A stretch of DNA of 63,799 nucleotides, counting the filler, from Chrysochromulina tobinii (lineage: Eukaryota), in NCBI GenBank assembly GCA_001275005.1. It is 4 parts of 4 records of this genome, joined end to end, with 100 filler letters (N's around TTAATTAATTAA, not from the genome) between each part and the next. Parts side by side here need not be neighbours in the genome. Positions count along the whole stretch, not along the records: positions 1 to 27,352 come from JWZX01000447.1; positions 27,453 to 42,723 come from JWZX01000450.1; 2 more parts are not named here. One strand, given 5' to 3'. Shown here piece after piece: positions 23,921 through 34,281 of the stretch. Numbering within the stretch: the first letter of the stretch is position 1; each line of letters starts with the position of its first letter. The notes below the pieces were generated by a model that ran no database searches, was not told the origin of the DNA, and worked only from the letters and a program-made list of their open reading frames with translations. Both the position numbers and the translations under genes were made by a program.

Positions 23921-24241
23921 ATGTCTCCGTCGAGAGGTGTGAAGGTCTCCGTCGCTCCGAGATGAGCAGCCGCCGCTGCCGCTCACTCTTGGCAGTAGGA
24001 TGGGCCCCGGCGACATGGAATACGGGTGGTAACGCTGTGATCCGAAGTCATGCTGGCCGCGTTTGCGCCGCTGCTGTGCGAATTCACATCCAAATGACCA
24101 TGTACCGTTCGTTATCATCTCAGCCATGCACCGCCCGCCGCGTAGTGCAAAATTCGCTCAATAGTGTAAATCTCAACTTCATCTTTCATGATCCCATGTG
24201 TCCCCCTGTTCCGTACTACATACCTTAACCGACATGTACGC

Positions 24242-25765
24242 TCACCAATCGGGCGACTTTTCGACAGCCTTAGCGAACCCGAGCCGACTCTGTCCAAAGT
24301 CGAAGACGGTGAAGTATTGCGAGAGGAAGATGTCCCCAAGAATCCATAGCGGACCCGCAGGCGGCGGCACGTCCATGCCCATGATGCCGAGCGCACACTG
24401 GCTCTTGCCAAACAAGGAGAATTCGAGCACGTACTGTGAGCCGGTAAGCTCGAAGTCGCGCCCCGCGATGACGAAACTGAGCGTGGGGAGGCGCGAAACC
24501 ACATCGCACGGGATGGTGATCTGACCGCCGCCGCTCTCCGCGTCGAGCGACCCCTCCTCGGGCTCGGGCTCCTCGAGGCCCAGCGAGCGCACGATCTGCG
24601 CCACGACGTGCTTCGGGCCCACGAGTAGAGAGGTACCTGTGTCGGCGATGGCGGCCGTGCCGGCCACAATCTTGTGGCCGCCCAGACGGATCTCCTCCAG
24701 CGCGAACTGCCAGTACGCGGCGCGCGTCACGGGCACGTATGTGAGCGCGCCCGTGTAGCACCGGTTGTCGACGCCGCCGAGCATTAGTACGCCGCCTTGG
24801 CCGTCGTGCTGCGGCGTGCCCCCAGGAGCAGGCATCAAGCTCGTGTCCGCCTGGCGAGACAGGTAGAAGGCGAAAAGAGGCTCAGCGAGCTGTCCCGCTT
24901 TGTAGAGCTGCTCGAAGATTGGCGGTGTGCCGTCGATGGCGATCGCTCCAAAGCCGAGACCGAGGATTCCGTCGAACTTGGTAATCGCGAACGAGACGCC
25001 CGGCTCCGAGGTCGCTTCGGCAAAGGTGACGTTGGGCAGGCTCAGACCGCCGACGACGAGCGTGTCGATCGAGGTGAAGCCCGCCATCGATCCCGAGCCG
25101 TACCGAATAGAGAAGGGCTTGCCCACCTGCCTGTACGTGCTCGACTGCTCGGAGGCGTACCGCTTGTGCAGTAGGCACGCAATGTTGAAGCCCTTGCACC
25201 GCGACGAGGGCACCCACAGGTTGCCTGAGCCCGTGTCGAAGACCACGGTGAACTTTTGCGGCGGCGTACCCAGGGCGATCTCGCCATAGTACTGCGCATT
25301 CATGAAGTCCTTGAGCGCCACGTAAGGCAGCGGTGTCGTCGACGAATCGGCCCGATGCGGCTCCGAAACACTCATCGATGTCGCGTCATCCGCATCGCCG
25401 AGGCGGCATTTGGCGACGCACTGGTCCTCCTTCCTGGAGCTGCTGCTTTCCGCATGTGCTTTCCGCAGCGCCATCGTGACCACATTCATCGCCTGTAGGT
25501 CAAAGGCCTCGAGGAGCTCATGCCGCGCGATACGGGGCACCTTGCTAAGACGAATGGCATGGACGCCCGGTGCCCTGGGGACGGATGTATCAGACGGCAT
25601 GTGTGCAGAGAGGAGGAGGACTGCGAACAGCGACGCAAAGGAGGCGAGCGCGCCGACCACTGCGAGAGGCGATACCGAGAAACGTGGACGCGGTGGGAAT
25701 CCGAAAGCCGTGTACGCGGCCTCCGATGCTGGCGCCGCGATTGATCGCGACAGTGGTAATCGCAT
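24242..25765 (-). CDS. Pepsin-family (A1) aspartic protease, cathepsin D-like, with N-terminal signal anchor
   Basis: Motifs FDTGSGNLWVPS, AIADTGTS, YGSGS, FDGILGL and WILGD; start inferred at MRLPLSRS. Confidence 0.92.
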   Translation of the reverse strand: MRLPLSRSIAAPASEAAYTAFGFPPRPRFSVSPLAVVGALASFASLFAVLLLSAHMPSDTSVPRAPGVHAIRLSKVPRIARHELLEAFDLQAMNVVTMALRKAHAESSSSRKEDQCVAKCRLGDADDATSMSVSEPHRADSSTTPLPYVALKDFMNAQYYGEIALGTPPQKFTVVFDTGSGNLWVPSSRCKGFNIACLLHKRYASEQSSTYRQVGKPFSIRYGSGSMAGFTSIDTLVVGGLSLPNVTFAEATSEPGVSFAITKFDGILGLGFGAIAIDGTPPIFEQLYKAGQLAEPLFAFYLSRQADTSLMPAPGGTPQHDGQGGVLMLGGVDNRCYTGALTYVPVTRAAYWQFALEEIRLGGHKIVAGTAAIADTGTSLLVGPKHVVAQIVRSLGLEEPEPEEGSLDAESGGGQITIPCDVVSRLPTLSFVIAGRDFELTGSQYVLEFSLFGKSQCALGIMGMDVPPPAGPLWILGDIFLSQYFTVFDFGQSRLGFAKAVEKSPDW

Positions 25766-26093
25766 TGGTCGCGCCTGTGGCGAAGCCGCCACAAGTCGCA
25801 CGCCGACGTCCACTCGACTTGCCCGTGCAAAAGTCCAAGTAGTCACCGAGCAGTGTGAATGTACGCCGGTCCGGTGTCTTGGGTGTCGAATTCTAAACAT
25901 TGGCTGTGAATGAGATGACAAGTATCGAGCTACCCGACAGTTCTGTAGGGACCCCCTGATGAAAGGTGGTCCCTTGACAGCCGAAGTATGCGCCGACTGG
26001 GTTTGCCGCCGTCCCCGGTTGCGTCCACCTCTTGGTCCACCTGTGCAGGGTCTCGGTCGCTCCAGCGTTGTGCGTTGATGAATGTGAGCACTT

Positions 26094-27050
26094 CTATATG
26101 TATGTAAGGTCCTCCGCGCGCGAGCCCCCGCCAACGAGCTCCACACCGTCCTCACAACCATGCTCACAACGTCTCCTATCACTACGTCGTGCCGGGGGAG
26201 CCTCAACAGACGATGGACGAGGAGTCGGAGCAATCTCAAGTCTTCGGTCAGGGGTATCGTACTGCCGACCGCGTGCCTGCTGCTCTCGCCGGCTGCGGCT
26301 TGAGAAGAAGAGCGCTGGGCGGCGACGGGCACATGCATGCCGGGCACGTGGCACGTCTCGACCATCGTCCTCGTCGGCCCCCCCGTGTGCAGCGACGCTG
26401 AATGCTCCTCCGGTGGCGCCACGCTCCTCGGGAAGGCCCGCCTCCGTGACTGAGGCTGACAGGGCCAGAGCGAGCTGCATGGCGTCCTGGTCCTCATACG
26501 AGCCCTCCGCCCCAGCCTCACCCTCCCTTTGCTCCGCCCTCGTCGTGCTTTGTGGGCGCTGGCGCCGCCGTGGCAACGGGATGCGACTCGTCTCAATGTC
26601 GAACGCAGCGGCCGTAGCACAGTTGCCAACCGAGCACGACAGCAGCACGCAGGCGCTCAGGATCGCCATGTCCTTGAGCAACGTGCGGTTGCGACTCGTA
26701 TCTTCCAGATTGCGCATCTCCCAGGTCATGAAGACTCGGAATGCGATCATGACGGCGGAGTAGACGACCCACAGCCAGTAAGCCCATGGAAACTGGCAGA
26801 AGACGCCGAACACCAGGGCGAGGACCGGGACGGTCGCAGCACCCACCAGCGGCCAGAACCAAATCAGCTCTGTCAGCATCGGCTTGCTGAAGTGGTCGAT
26901 TATGGCATCGATGCCGCCTTCGAGGGGCATGCCATCGGGTGTTAGCTGCAAGAACAGCGCGGCCAGTCCTATGACGTCCATTACGGCGCACACCAGCAGC
27001 CACATACGGGCCTCAAGTGTCGGTCCGAGATGCGATTTCCGGGGCGGCAT
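26094..27050 (-). CDS. Four-TM membrane protein with a UIM-like motif (C-terminus uncertain)
   Basis: Four hydrophobic helices, then EDQDAMQLALALSAS (ubiquitin-interacting-motif-like). Confidence 0.55.
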   Translation of the reverse strand: MPPRKSHLGPTLEARMWLLVCAVMDVIGLAALFLQLTPDGMPLEGGIDAIIDHFSKPMLTELIWFWPLVGAATVPVLALVFGVFCQFPWAYWLWVVYSAVMIAFRVFMTWEMRNLEDTSRNRTLLKDMAILSACVLLSCSVGNCATAAAFDIETSRIPLPRRRQRPQSTTRAEQREGEAGAEGSYEDQDAMQLALALSASVTEAGLPEERGATGGAFSVAAHGGADEDDGRDVPRARHACARRRPALFFSSRSRREQQARGRQYDTPDRRLEIAPTPRPSSVEAPPARRSDRRRCEHGCEDGVELVGGGSRAEDLTYI

Positions 27051-27352
27051 CGTTAACGGGATATTCTATCGGATTTCCGGGATGGAGACGCGCATTGGAG
27101 ATCACTCCTCCCCGTTTTCCCCACAGGGGAGTCGGCCCGGCGCCTCTCACGCTCGGCGGGGGAGCCCCCATTCACAATGAGAAAAGAGGGGCTGATTGGA
27201 GATCGGGAAGCCAGGGTGTGAGTGTGAATTTAAAAAAGGAAAAGCAAGACCAGCGGCGCGTGGCTGTAAACCTGGTCGCGCGTTGAAACATAGAATTGCG
27301 ATTCATCAAAGCTACACAAGCAGCCTGGTGAGCGCGAAACCCGGTCCCTGCT

Positions 27353-27452
27353 NNNNNNNNNNNNNNNNNNNNNNNNNNNNNNNNNNNNNNNNNNNNTTAA
27401 TTAATTAANNNNNNNNNNNNNNNNNNNNNNNNNNNNNNNNNNNNNNNNNNNN
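27353..27452. other. Artificial contig-joining spacer
   Basis: N run + TTAATTAATTAA (stops in all six frames) + N run. Confidence 0.97.
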
Positions 27453-27951
27453 CGCATGGACCCATCAGAAATCCCAGGGATTGACATACGAAAACAGGGA
27501 GTTTTCTGCCCAAATGAACCCCACCCCGGTTTACCGCGCCGCCGTGCCGGTCTCCAAGAAAGCGCTTCGGTCTCTGAGGCCCCAGCGGCGCGCGTCTCTT
27601 CGGGCCCGGCCGGGTACCGGGCGCCCCGTCCGGCGCCGCCCGTGGTACTGGTAGAAGCTTCAAGCTACGACGTCGACGAGAGGTCATCGCGACGTCCGCG
27701 CGCCCGCGCGGCGCCGGGTCGTCCAACTCCAAGCCGGGGTCCGCACGACGCGTCGCACACCAATGTGGAATGTGATGTTACTATCCCAAAACACCGTGCC
27801 AGCATCGTACAACGTGGCAAAAACGTGGCAAAACGCCTCTCAGACCATCTAGGCTTAAACATGTTGCTGGCTCTGATGAGTACTCTATCATCACTCTCAT
27901 ATGATAAGGGACGATCCACCGGTCAGTCCCAGCAGGGATCACAGCGCACGA

Positions 27952-28785
27952 TCAGCCAACCTTATCCTTGCTCACCTGCAAGTCCTGGGGGTGCGCTCGG
28001 TAGGTGCCCATCGCGTAGTCCCAGAGCATAGTGTACTGGCCGTAGTTGGAGTTGGGGACTGCGTGGTGCGTGTCGTGTGCGCGCACTGCAAAGATAGGTA
28101 CTTTGGTGAAAGGAATGCGCAGAAAGTTGCAGTCCAGCCTCGTGTGGTTGAGCGTCGCAAGCGCGCCGCCGAAAACGAGGAAGAGGACGCAGCTTAGAGC
28201 ATGGACGGGCAGCACGAAGCGTGAGACGAGATAGACGGCCAAGACGTGGTTGTACTCCCCCATGATGAACTCGAACGGGTGCACGTTGATGGCATCCGTG
28301 TTACCACGTGTGGGCACCACCTGGCGGTGATGGTGCTTGTGCACGAACGCGTACACGCGATGGTGGTGCAGCGCCCGGTGGAAAGGCGCGTAGAAGGCAT
28401 CGTAGATGACGAAGAAGAGCGGCAGAGCGACGCACACGTTGGCCACCGTGAGCTCCTCCAATTTCCACAGCACATTTGGGCTCGTGAGCATGAACTGCAG
28501 GTAGTGGAAGGTCATCACCACGATGGCGAGCTGGCTGAAGACGATGAACTGACGATCGATACTTGCGAACTCGTCGAGATGCTTGCCGCGCGCAGGCAGC
28601 TTCGGCCAGCTGCGGAAGGCGAATGGCACGCCTTGGCGGTAGAGCTCGAGTCCGATCTGCGTCACGGCGCCCATCAAAAGCAGCTCGACGAGTCCCCACG
28701 CCTCCGGGTGGAGCACGCTGTGGCTCGCACGCGCGATCACGAGAGGTAGCACTCGCTCCATCAGCACATCGCTCACGACCTCCAT
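27952..28785 (-). CDS. Fatty acid hydroxylase / sterol desaturase superfamily protein
   Basis: His boxes HRALH, HKHHH and HDTHH; HPFE; NYGQYTMLWD. Confidence 0.9.
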   Translation of the reverse strand: MEVVSDVLMERVLPLVIARASHSVLHPEAWGLVELLLMGAVTQIGLELYRQGVPFAFRSWPKLPARGKHLDEFASIDRQFIVFSQLAIVVMTFHYLQFMLTSPNVLWKLEELTVANVCVALPLFFVIYDAFYAPFHRALHHHRVYAFVHKHHHRQVVPTRGNTDAINVHPFEFIMGEYNHVLAVYLVSRFVLPVHALSCVLFLVFGGALATLNHTRLDCNFLRIPFTKVPIFAVRAHDTHHAVPNSNYGQYTMLWDYAMGTYRAHPQDLQVSKDKVG

Positions 28786-28989
28786 AGGACGGCGCGGCGG
28801 ATTGCCCAAGAGAACATGATCCGCAGAGAACGGCGATCGGAGGTTTCGAAGTTTAGGAACTTCGCTCGTCTCGAATTCGCTACATGTACCTGGCTCCCAA
28901 GAACCTCGAGGTGCGCATGAATTCGTTCCATCTCCCATCCTCGAGCCGCCCCTTTTTCTCTTTGTGAATGGCGTGTTGTGTGTATTAAC

Positions 28990-29586
28990 ATGAATGAATG
29001 GCGGTGCTCCCACGCCGAGCGTGAGAAGGGATGGTCAGTCGACATCGCTCCGGTAGCTAGGACGCTGGTGATGTTTGACAGCGCTCTGCGCCCGCACGAA
29101 GTGCTGGTCACCAACCGGCCCCGTATCGTGCTGGCAATATGGTATCATTCGAAGGCATACACGGGGCCTGCCGCATCAGAGAGCGGATCCGTCGCCAAAG
29201 CGGCGACCGCGCGCATTCGTGGCGGCAGCGCGCCCAAAGACGGTACCCCGGGCGCCACCGGCATGCCGCTGGCACAGCAGCCACCCCCCGCCGCTGCCGC
29301 CGCCTCTTCTTCTGCCTCAATTTGGGATGGGCCGAGCCCTCAGCTTGCGCATGCATCCGCGTGGGCAGTGCTCGCGGCGGTGCTCGTGGCCGCGTGGTGG
29401 CAGGGGTCCGACTTTGCCTCAACCAAGCCGACGGCCACCTTTTGGGGTGCTGTCATCGGCCTCGCAGCCTTCTTTGCGTGGTTGGCCGTGGATCTACCCG
29501 ATGATAAGGACGAGGAAGCGGACGGGGACAGCGAGGAGGAGGAGGATGTCGACGTAGCTCAAGTCGATAAGGCTAAGCGCGAATAA
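28990..29586 (+). CDS. C-terminal half of a 2OG-Fe(II) oxygenase domain plus two TM helices (possibly 5'-truncated)
   Basis: VDIAPVARTLVMFDS..PHEVL..RIVLAIWY matches the EGLN/P4H-like C-terminal strand set; the HxD motif is not seen. Confidence 0.55.
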   Translation: MNEWRCSHAEREKGWSVDIAPVARTLVMFDSALRPHEVLVTNRPRIVLAIWYHSKAYTGPAASESGSVAKAATARIRGGSAPKDGTPGATGMPLAQQPPPAAAAASSSASIWDGPSPQLAHASAWAVLAAVLVAAWWQGSDFASTKPTATFWGAVIGLAAFFAWLAVDLPDDKDEEADGDSEEEEDVDVAQVDKAKRE

Positions 29587-30139
29587 TATCACTTGGAAGA
29601 GGATAGCGTATAACGGTTCTGTACATGTTCTGTACCGGCAATGAAAGCTCCCCAGCGCAATTGATCCCTCATCAACCCTCATCAAAGGATATCACACGTA
29701 AAGCCGAAAAGGAAACTGAAACTCGATCCGAAGGACGAGCGTTACATTGTAAGGAGAGCGCCGCCCACGGCGCGGGCGCCGGCGTGCGGCGAGCGGCAGG
29801 TCCCCGGCCGCCGCCGCGCTCTAAATGGGAACAAGCCAACCGGCGCCTCGCCTGGAGAGTTCGGCGATCCGCGATCGGCGTCCATTCCTTGTTTCCTTCG
29901 CCTGACGAGAATTCGAGATGCTCGCGCGGCCGCGACGCGAGTAGCTGTAGCCGTTCCGTCAGGCGTCGAAGGTGCCCTACCGAAATCCTGGAATTCTCCC
30001 GGTGTCTTTTTACCGTTCAAAGTAGCTCGGTCCAAATCCGGTACGAAAGATGAAGCGCGGGGCTTCACGGAGCGAGCGTATAGCGAGCGACAGCACGAAA
30101 ACCGACGCCATCGCATCGGTGTTTTTCTCAGCCTTCATC

Positions 30140-32083
30140 ATGGGCTGCGGCGCGTCCAGGCCGACTGCCAATAAGTACGCCGACACTTCGTCAGAAGCGG
30201 TGTCTGGCGAAGCCTTCCGTTCGCCGGTCGGTAAGGAGAACACACCACCAAGAAGAACAAAAGACAACGAGGAAACCAGAGAACCCGGAGAGTCTTTGGA
30301 CACTTGTGAGCCCGAGGCGTTGGCGGCCGCTGCCGCCTTGGCGATTCGAGTTCAGGGCGCTCAGCGCGACGCGGACGCTCTTACGCTGGAGGCTGTGCTG
30401 CGCGACCCACAGATGGCGCGCTCGCTTCGCCGACACGCGTCGTTGTGCGGGCTAGCTAGTGGTGGTGCTAGAGGTGCTTCGGACGCAGAGAGCAACTTCC
30501 TGGTAGCTTCCAAGCTCTTTGACCTTCACGCCGCTCTTGCCGCCTCGGACGGTGGCGCTGCTTTTATCGCGGCGAGTGACCTAAAGGCATTTGCTAACTT
30601 TGGCGCGGTCGGGCTCTCGCCGATCGCCGCAGACGCAGCTCCCGTGGCTGTAGCAGCGGCGCTGAGCGGCTCGGCTGCGCCATTCCACGAAAAGCTTACG
30701 CCGGCGTTGGAGGCCATGCGTGCAGAGATTTTCTGCGCCGCTGCGGGCGCTTTGATAGAGCTGGAAAAGGGCGCAAGGAAGAAGCGTGTGGTGGTGCTCG
30801 GCGGCGGGTTCTGCGGCGCCATCGTCGCGCACGAGCTGACGCGCGGCGACAGCCAGGGGATTGACACCGAGGAGTTTGCAGTTACGCTCGTCGACACGAA
30901 GGAGTTTTTCGAGTTCACGCCCAGTGTGCTGCGACTCATGGCCGACGAGAAGGCCGAGGAGAAGGGCATGTGGAAGAAGTCAGCCATTGAGTTTGAAAAG
31001 ATCATGGGAGGGAAGGGCGAGCTCATTATCGGTTCGGCTGCGGCCGTGCGCAGGGACCACGTGCTGTTGGGCACGGCGGCGGGCGTCGCCTCGCGTATGG
31101 TTCCGTTTGATTACCTTGTGATCTGTACCGGCTCCTCGTACCAGTCCAACATCAAGACCGAGGGCACCTCAATCGAGGCGCGCAAACGCTCGTTCGCCCT
31201 TGAGCGCGAGCGCATCAAAACGGCGCCCGCCATCAATGTCGTTGGCAGTGGCCTAGTCGCCACCGAGCTCGCCTTCGATCTGAAGGCCTTTTTCCCTGAG
31301 AAGCCGATCGAGATGATCACACGCTCCCTCGGATTCCTGCCGCGTATCCCCGGCGCGAACGAGCGCGTGGCACCCCTTGCCTCCACGCATGGCATCAAAA
31401 TCAATCTCGGCGCGGAGGTGATGCATGTGGATGAGCAGGGCCGCGCGTCCACGCGCTCTGGTGACGCCAAGGGGCTGCCGAACGCGCGCAGCTTCTGGGC
31501 AACTGGGTACCAGCCCAACTCTGCCTTTCTCGCCGATGCGCGCACCGAAAGCATCATTTCGGGGATGCTCGACTCGGCTGGGTACGTGCGAACCATAGAG
31601 ACTTGCCAGCTCGACCACGCGGACCTGGGTCACATCTTTGCAGGCGGCGACATATGTCACGCGGGGGCCTTCACCGTCGGCGAGCGCACGATGAACGCGG
31701 CTATAAAGCACGGCTTCACGATCGTCAAGAACCTCCTCAAGCTTGTGGGCATGCGCGAGGGCAAGATGAAGAAGCCTTTGGCTCATTTCACGCCAGGCTC
31801 CGAATTCCTTGCCGTCTCCCTCGGCAACACCAATGGCCTTTTGTACGCCACCGATCCCAACACTGCCTCCCTCTTCTCCACTAAGGCCGCGCTGGAGGCA
31901 GAGAGGGGGCCGCTCAAGGATGCGGGGATAAAGGGTTGGATGGAGCTCAATCCCGCAGTGGACTATATCAAGTTCGTCATGATTCCCAGCGCCGTTTACA
32001 ACTATTTAGTGAACAACGATTATACCTCGATGGACCAGTTCTACGGGAAAGAGCAGGCTTACCTTACCATCGACGTCGTATAG
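30140..32083 (+). CDS. AIFM2/FSP1-like FAD-dependent NAD(P)H oxidoreductase with an acylated, RGS-like N-terminal extension
   Basis: VVVLGGGFCG, FEFTPSVLR, FDYLVICTGS, VVGSGLVATE and IFAGGD; N-terminus MGCGAS. Confidence 0.85.
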   Translation: MGCGASRPTANKYADTSSEAVSGEAFRSPVGKENTPPRRTKDNEETREPGESLDTCEPEALAAAAALAIRVQGAQRDADALTLEAVLRDPQMARSLRRHASLCGLASGGARGASDAESNFLVASKLFDLHAALAASDGGAAFIAASDLKAFANFGAVGLSPIAADAAPVAVAAALSGSAAPFHEKLTPALEAMRAEIFCAAAGALIELEKGARKKRVVVLGGGFCGAIVAHELTRGDSQGIDTEEFAVTLVDTKEFFEFTPSVLRLMADEKAEEKGMWKKSAIEFEKIMGGKGELIIGSAAAVRRDHVLLGTAAGVASRMVPFDYLVICTGSSYQSNIKTEGTSIEARKRSFALERERIKTAPAINVVGSGLVATELAFDLKAFFPEKPIEMITRSLGFLPRIPGANERVAPLASTHGIKINLGAEVMHVDEQGRASTRSGDAKGLPNARSFWATGYQPNSAFLADARTESIISGMLDSAGYVRTIETCQLDHADLGHIFAGGDICHAGAFTVGERTMNAAIKHGFTIVKNLLKLVGMREGKMKKPLAHFTPGSEFLAVSLGNTNGLLYATDPNTASLFSTKAALEAERGPLKDAGIKGWMELNPAVDYIKFVMIPSAVYNYLVNNDYTSMDQFYGKEQAYLTIDVV

Positions 32084-33017
32084 TGCAGGACTCTCGCTCT
32101 CTATTTCGAATCAGTTTCGAAAGGTAGCGACCTGGATCTATAGAAGCGCGTTTTTTTACTACATGTATTTACTTCCACGAGCGACGGTAATAGGCGATAG
32201 GACGGAACTTTACACCGTAAGCGGAAAGCGCGTACACCTCTGAGCGCGTTCAGCCGAGTTCGGTACAGTATACGCGGGGGTAAGGTAGATGGTATAGGTT
32301 TCGGTCGCCGAGGTAAGGTTGCGGAGGCAGGTTGGACAAGGTGTAGCTAAAAGCTAGATTTCGTTTGTAGATTATTTGGCGAGCGCCCTAGCGTTGTAGC
32401 GAGCCCCGCCGCGCACAACCGCGGCGCTGGGCGCGCGGGGATGGGGCTCAGGTGGGGCCGGGGGGCGGGGGTGGCGCGCGTGCGGGACATGCTGTTGCCG
32501 CCGTGCGTACGCATGTTCCCATCGTCGAGACAAGCGGTTTTCACAGCTAGTGTCATACGTAGACGAATCGCCCCGGGATAGGGGACATATCCGATAGCCC
32601 CGGGAACGAGCCGAACGACGAACGAGGAGGCGCTACGTGCGTACAACGCGTCGTCCATAGGGATAGGCATAGCGAGACTGCGAGAGGCGCAGGCGCCACG
32701 CAGGCGGACCAGACGCGTTGTTCGCTTCGACGCTTCCCCGCAGCGGCACGTTAGCGCAACTTGATATCCTCACGACCGAGAGCGGAGGGTGCGGTGTGGA
32801 TCCGCACTAACATTAATACGGAGATCTGGTACCGGTCGTACCGGTAGCCATAGTGACGAAACCCTCTGGTTGCCTACGCGAGATCCGGACCCTATCCGTG
32901 CGGAGTCCGTAGACCTGCGCGTGTGTATGCGTGTGTCCGCCCCCCTTTTAGTTGGCAAGCCGACGGTCTGAATGCTGCATAGCTTGACGGTGATTCTCAG
33001 GCTGCTGCCGCTCGGCT

Positions 33018-34118
33018 TCACTTCAGGTCGAACCGGAAATCGTCTGTCTCCCGGCTTCTTGTGGCGGCGAGCGCCTCGGCCAGCGCTACCGCCGACGTTC
33101 GCTTGCGCTCTCGCGCAGCAGCTGTCTGCGTTCCCTCAGCCTCGGTGGCCGCCTGCTGCTCACGCATCGTCTGCACCCACCAGGTAACGGTCTCGTCGAC
33201 CCTCGGCCCAAGGCCCTTGGGAATCCATCCTGCGAGCACCGACCGTGCGGCCTGGTCGCTCAGCGCACCACAGTCGACCGAGACGAGTCCCGTGTCGCGC
33301 GCTTCGTCAAAGCGGGGCTCGGGCACATGCACACCGTGTGAACGGAGGCTGTCGGCGACGAGGTGGACCAGCTCTTGCCAAGTGGGCGACTCGGCTGCGC
33401 AAATGTGCAGAGCGCGTGTTGAAAATGGCATCGGCAGTCGCAGAGCAGCGACAGCAGCGCTCGCCACATCGTCGGCGAACACGAGCGAGAGTGGTAGTGT
33501 GGCACCTGCATCGGGGTTTGTACCCGAGATGGCACTGCCGATCGTGCGCCCCTTAGCCAGCTTGAGAAAGAGCTTCTCCTGTCTTCCTGTATTTTCGTGC
33601 GGGCCGAGCACGTCCGGCAGTCGCAGCGCCAGCCAGTCGAGTCTGCCGCCGTGCCGCCGCAGTGCCTTCTCAGCGGCGAGCTTGTTGTTGCCATACTCAT
33701 CGCGCCGCGCGCGCTCAGCAGAATGCGTGGTATCACTCGCTTCGAGGAGACGCATGCGTTCGTCAAACACAAAGGCTGACGGTTCGCAGGCCATGTAAAC
33801 TGAGTCGGTGCTGATAAATATGTACCTCTTCAAATGCACGGCTGCAGCAAGTATCGGCTGCACGTCGTCCTCATCGAAGGCGAGAAGATCAATCACGGCA
33901 TCCCAGCCGCAAGAAAGGACGGCCTGGAGCTGATCTGGCCGCCGCCGCCGATCCACCTTCCGGTGCGCAACTGCGTCGCCAAAGGGATTGGGCGTTTGGC
34001 CACGGTTGCAAATGGTCACGACGTGGCCGGCATCGAGGAGTGCGCGTACAGTAGCTCGGCCGATGAATGAGGTGCCGCCGATGACGAGGACCGACGAAGA
34101 GCTCTGGGGCTCCTGCAT
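33018..34118 (-). CDS. NAD-dependent epimerase/dehydratase (atypical SDR)
   Basis: LVIGGTSFIG, NRG, YIFISTDSVY and YGNNK. Confidence 0.88.
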   Translation of the reverse strand: MQEPQSSSSVLVIGGTSFIGRATVRALLDAGHVVTICNRGQTPNPFGDAVAHRKVDRRRRPDQLQAVLSCGWDAVIDLLAFDEDDVQPILAAAVHLKRYIFISTDSVYMACEPSAFVFDERMRLLEASDTTHSAERARRDEYGNNKLAAEKALRRHGGRLDWLALRLPDVLGPHENTGRQEKLFLKLAKGRTIGSAISGTNPDAGATLPLSLVFADDVASAAVAALRLPMPFSTRALHICAAESPTWQELVHLVADSLRSHGVHVPEPRFDEARDTGLVSVDCGALSDQAARSVLAGWIPKGLGPRVDETVTWWVQTMREQQAATEAEGTQTAAARERKRTSAVALAEALAATRSRETDDFRFDLK

Positions 34119-34281
34119 ATGTAATCGGAGTTAACAGAATTTCTTCGAGACCTCGAATCTTCCTCTTACAGTACCCCTGTTGTTTTAGAACCGGGTGAGG
34201 AGCCTGTCAAACCGGGGATTTTCTGGATTTACGAACCCTTGGCAGTTTTCCTGGCGCCGATTCAAAGCTTCCGTTCTGTCC

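Noticed and set aside
25766..26629. Long N-terminal extension of the aspartic protease ORF
   Set aside because: It overlaps the next gene in another frame and looks non-coding; the start is more plausibly near 25765.
27353..27452. TTAATTAATTAA palindrome within N runs (also about 42768 and 56552)
   Set aside because: An identical six-frame stop linker between N runs is an assembly concatenation artefact.
27456..28031. 191-aa ORF at the contig start
   Set aside because: No recognisable motif; it overlaps the desaturase 3' end and is probably repeat-derived.
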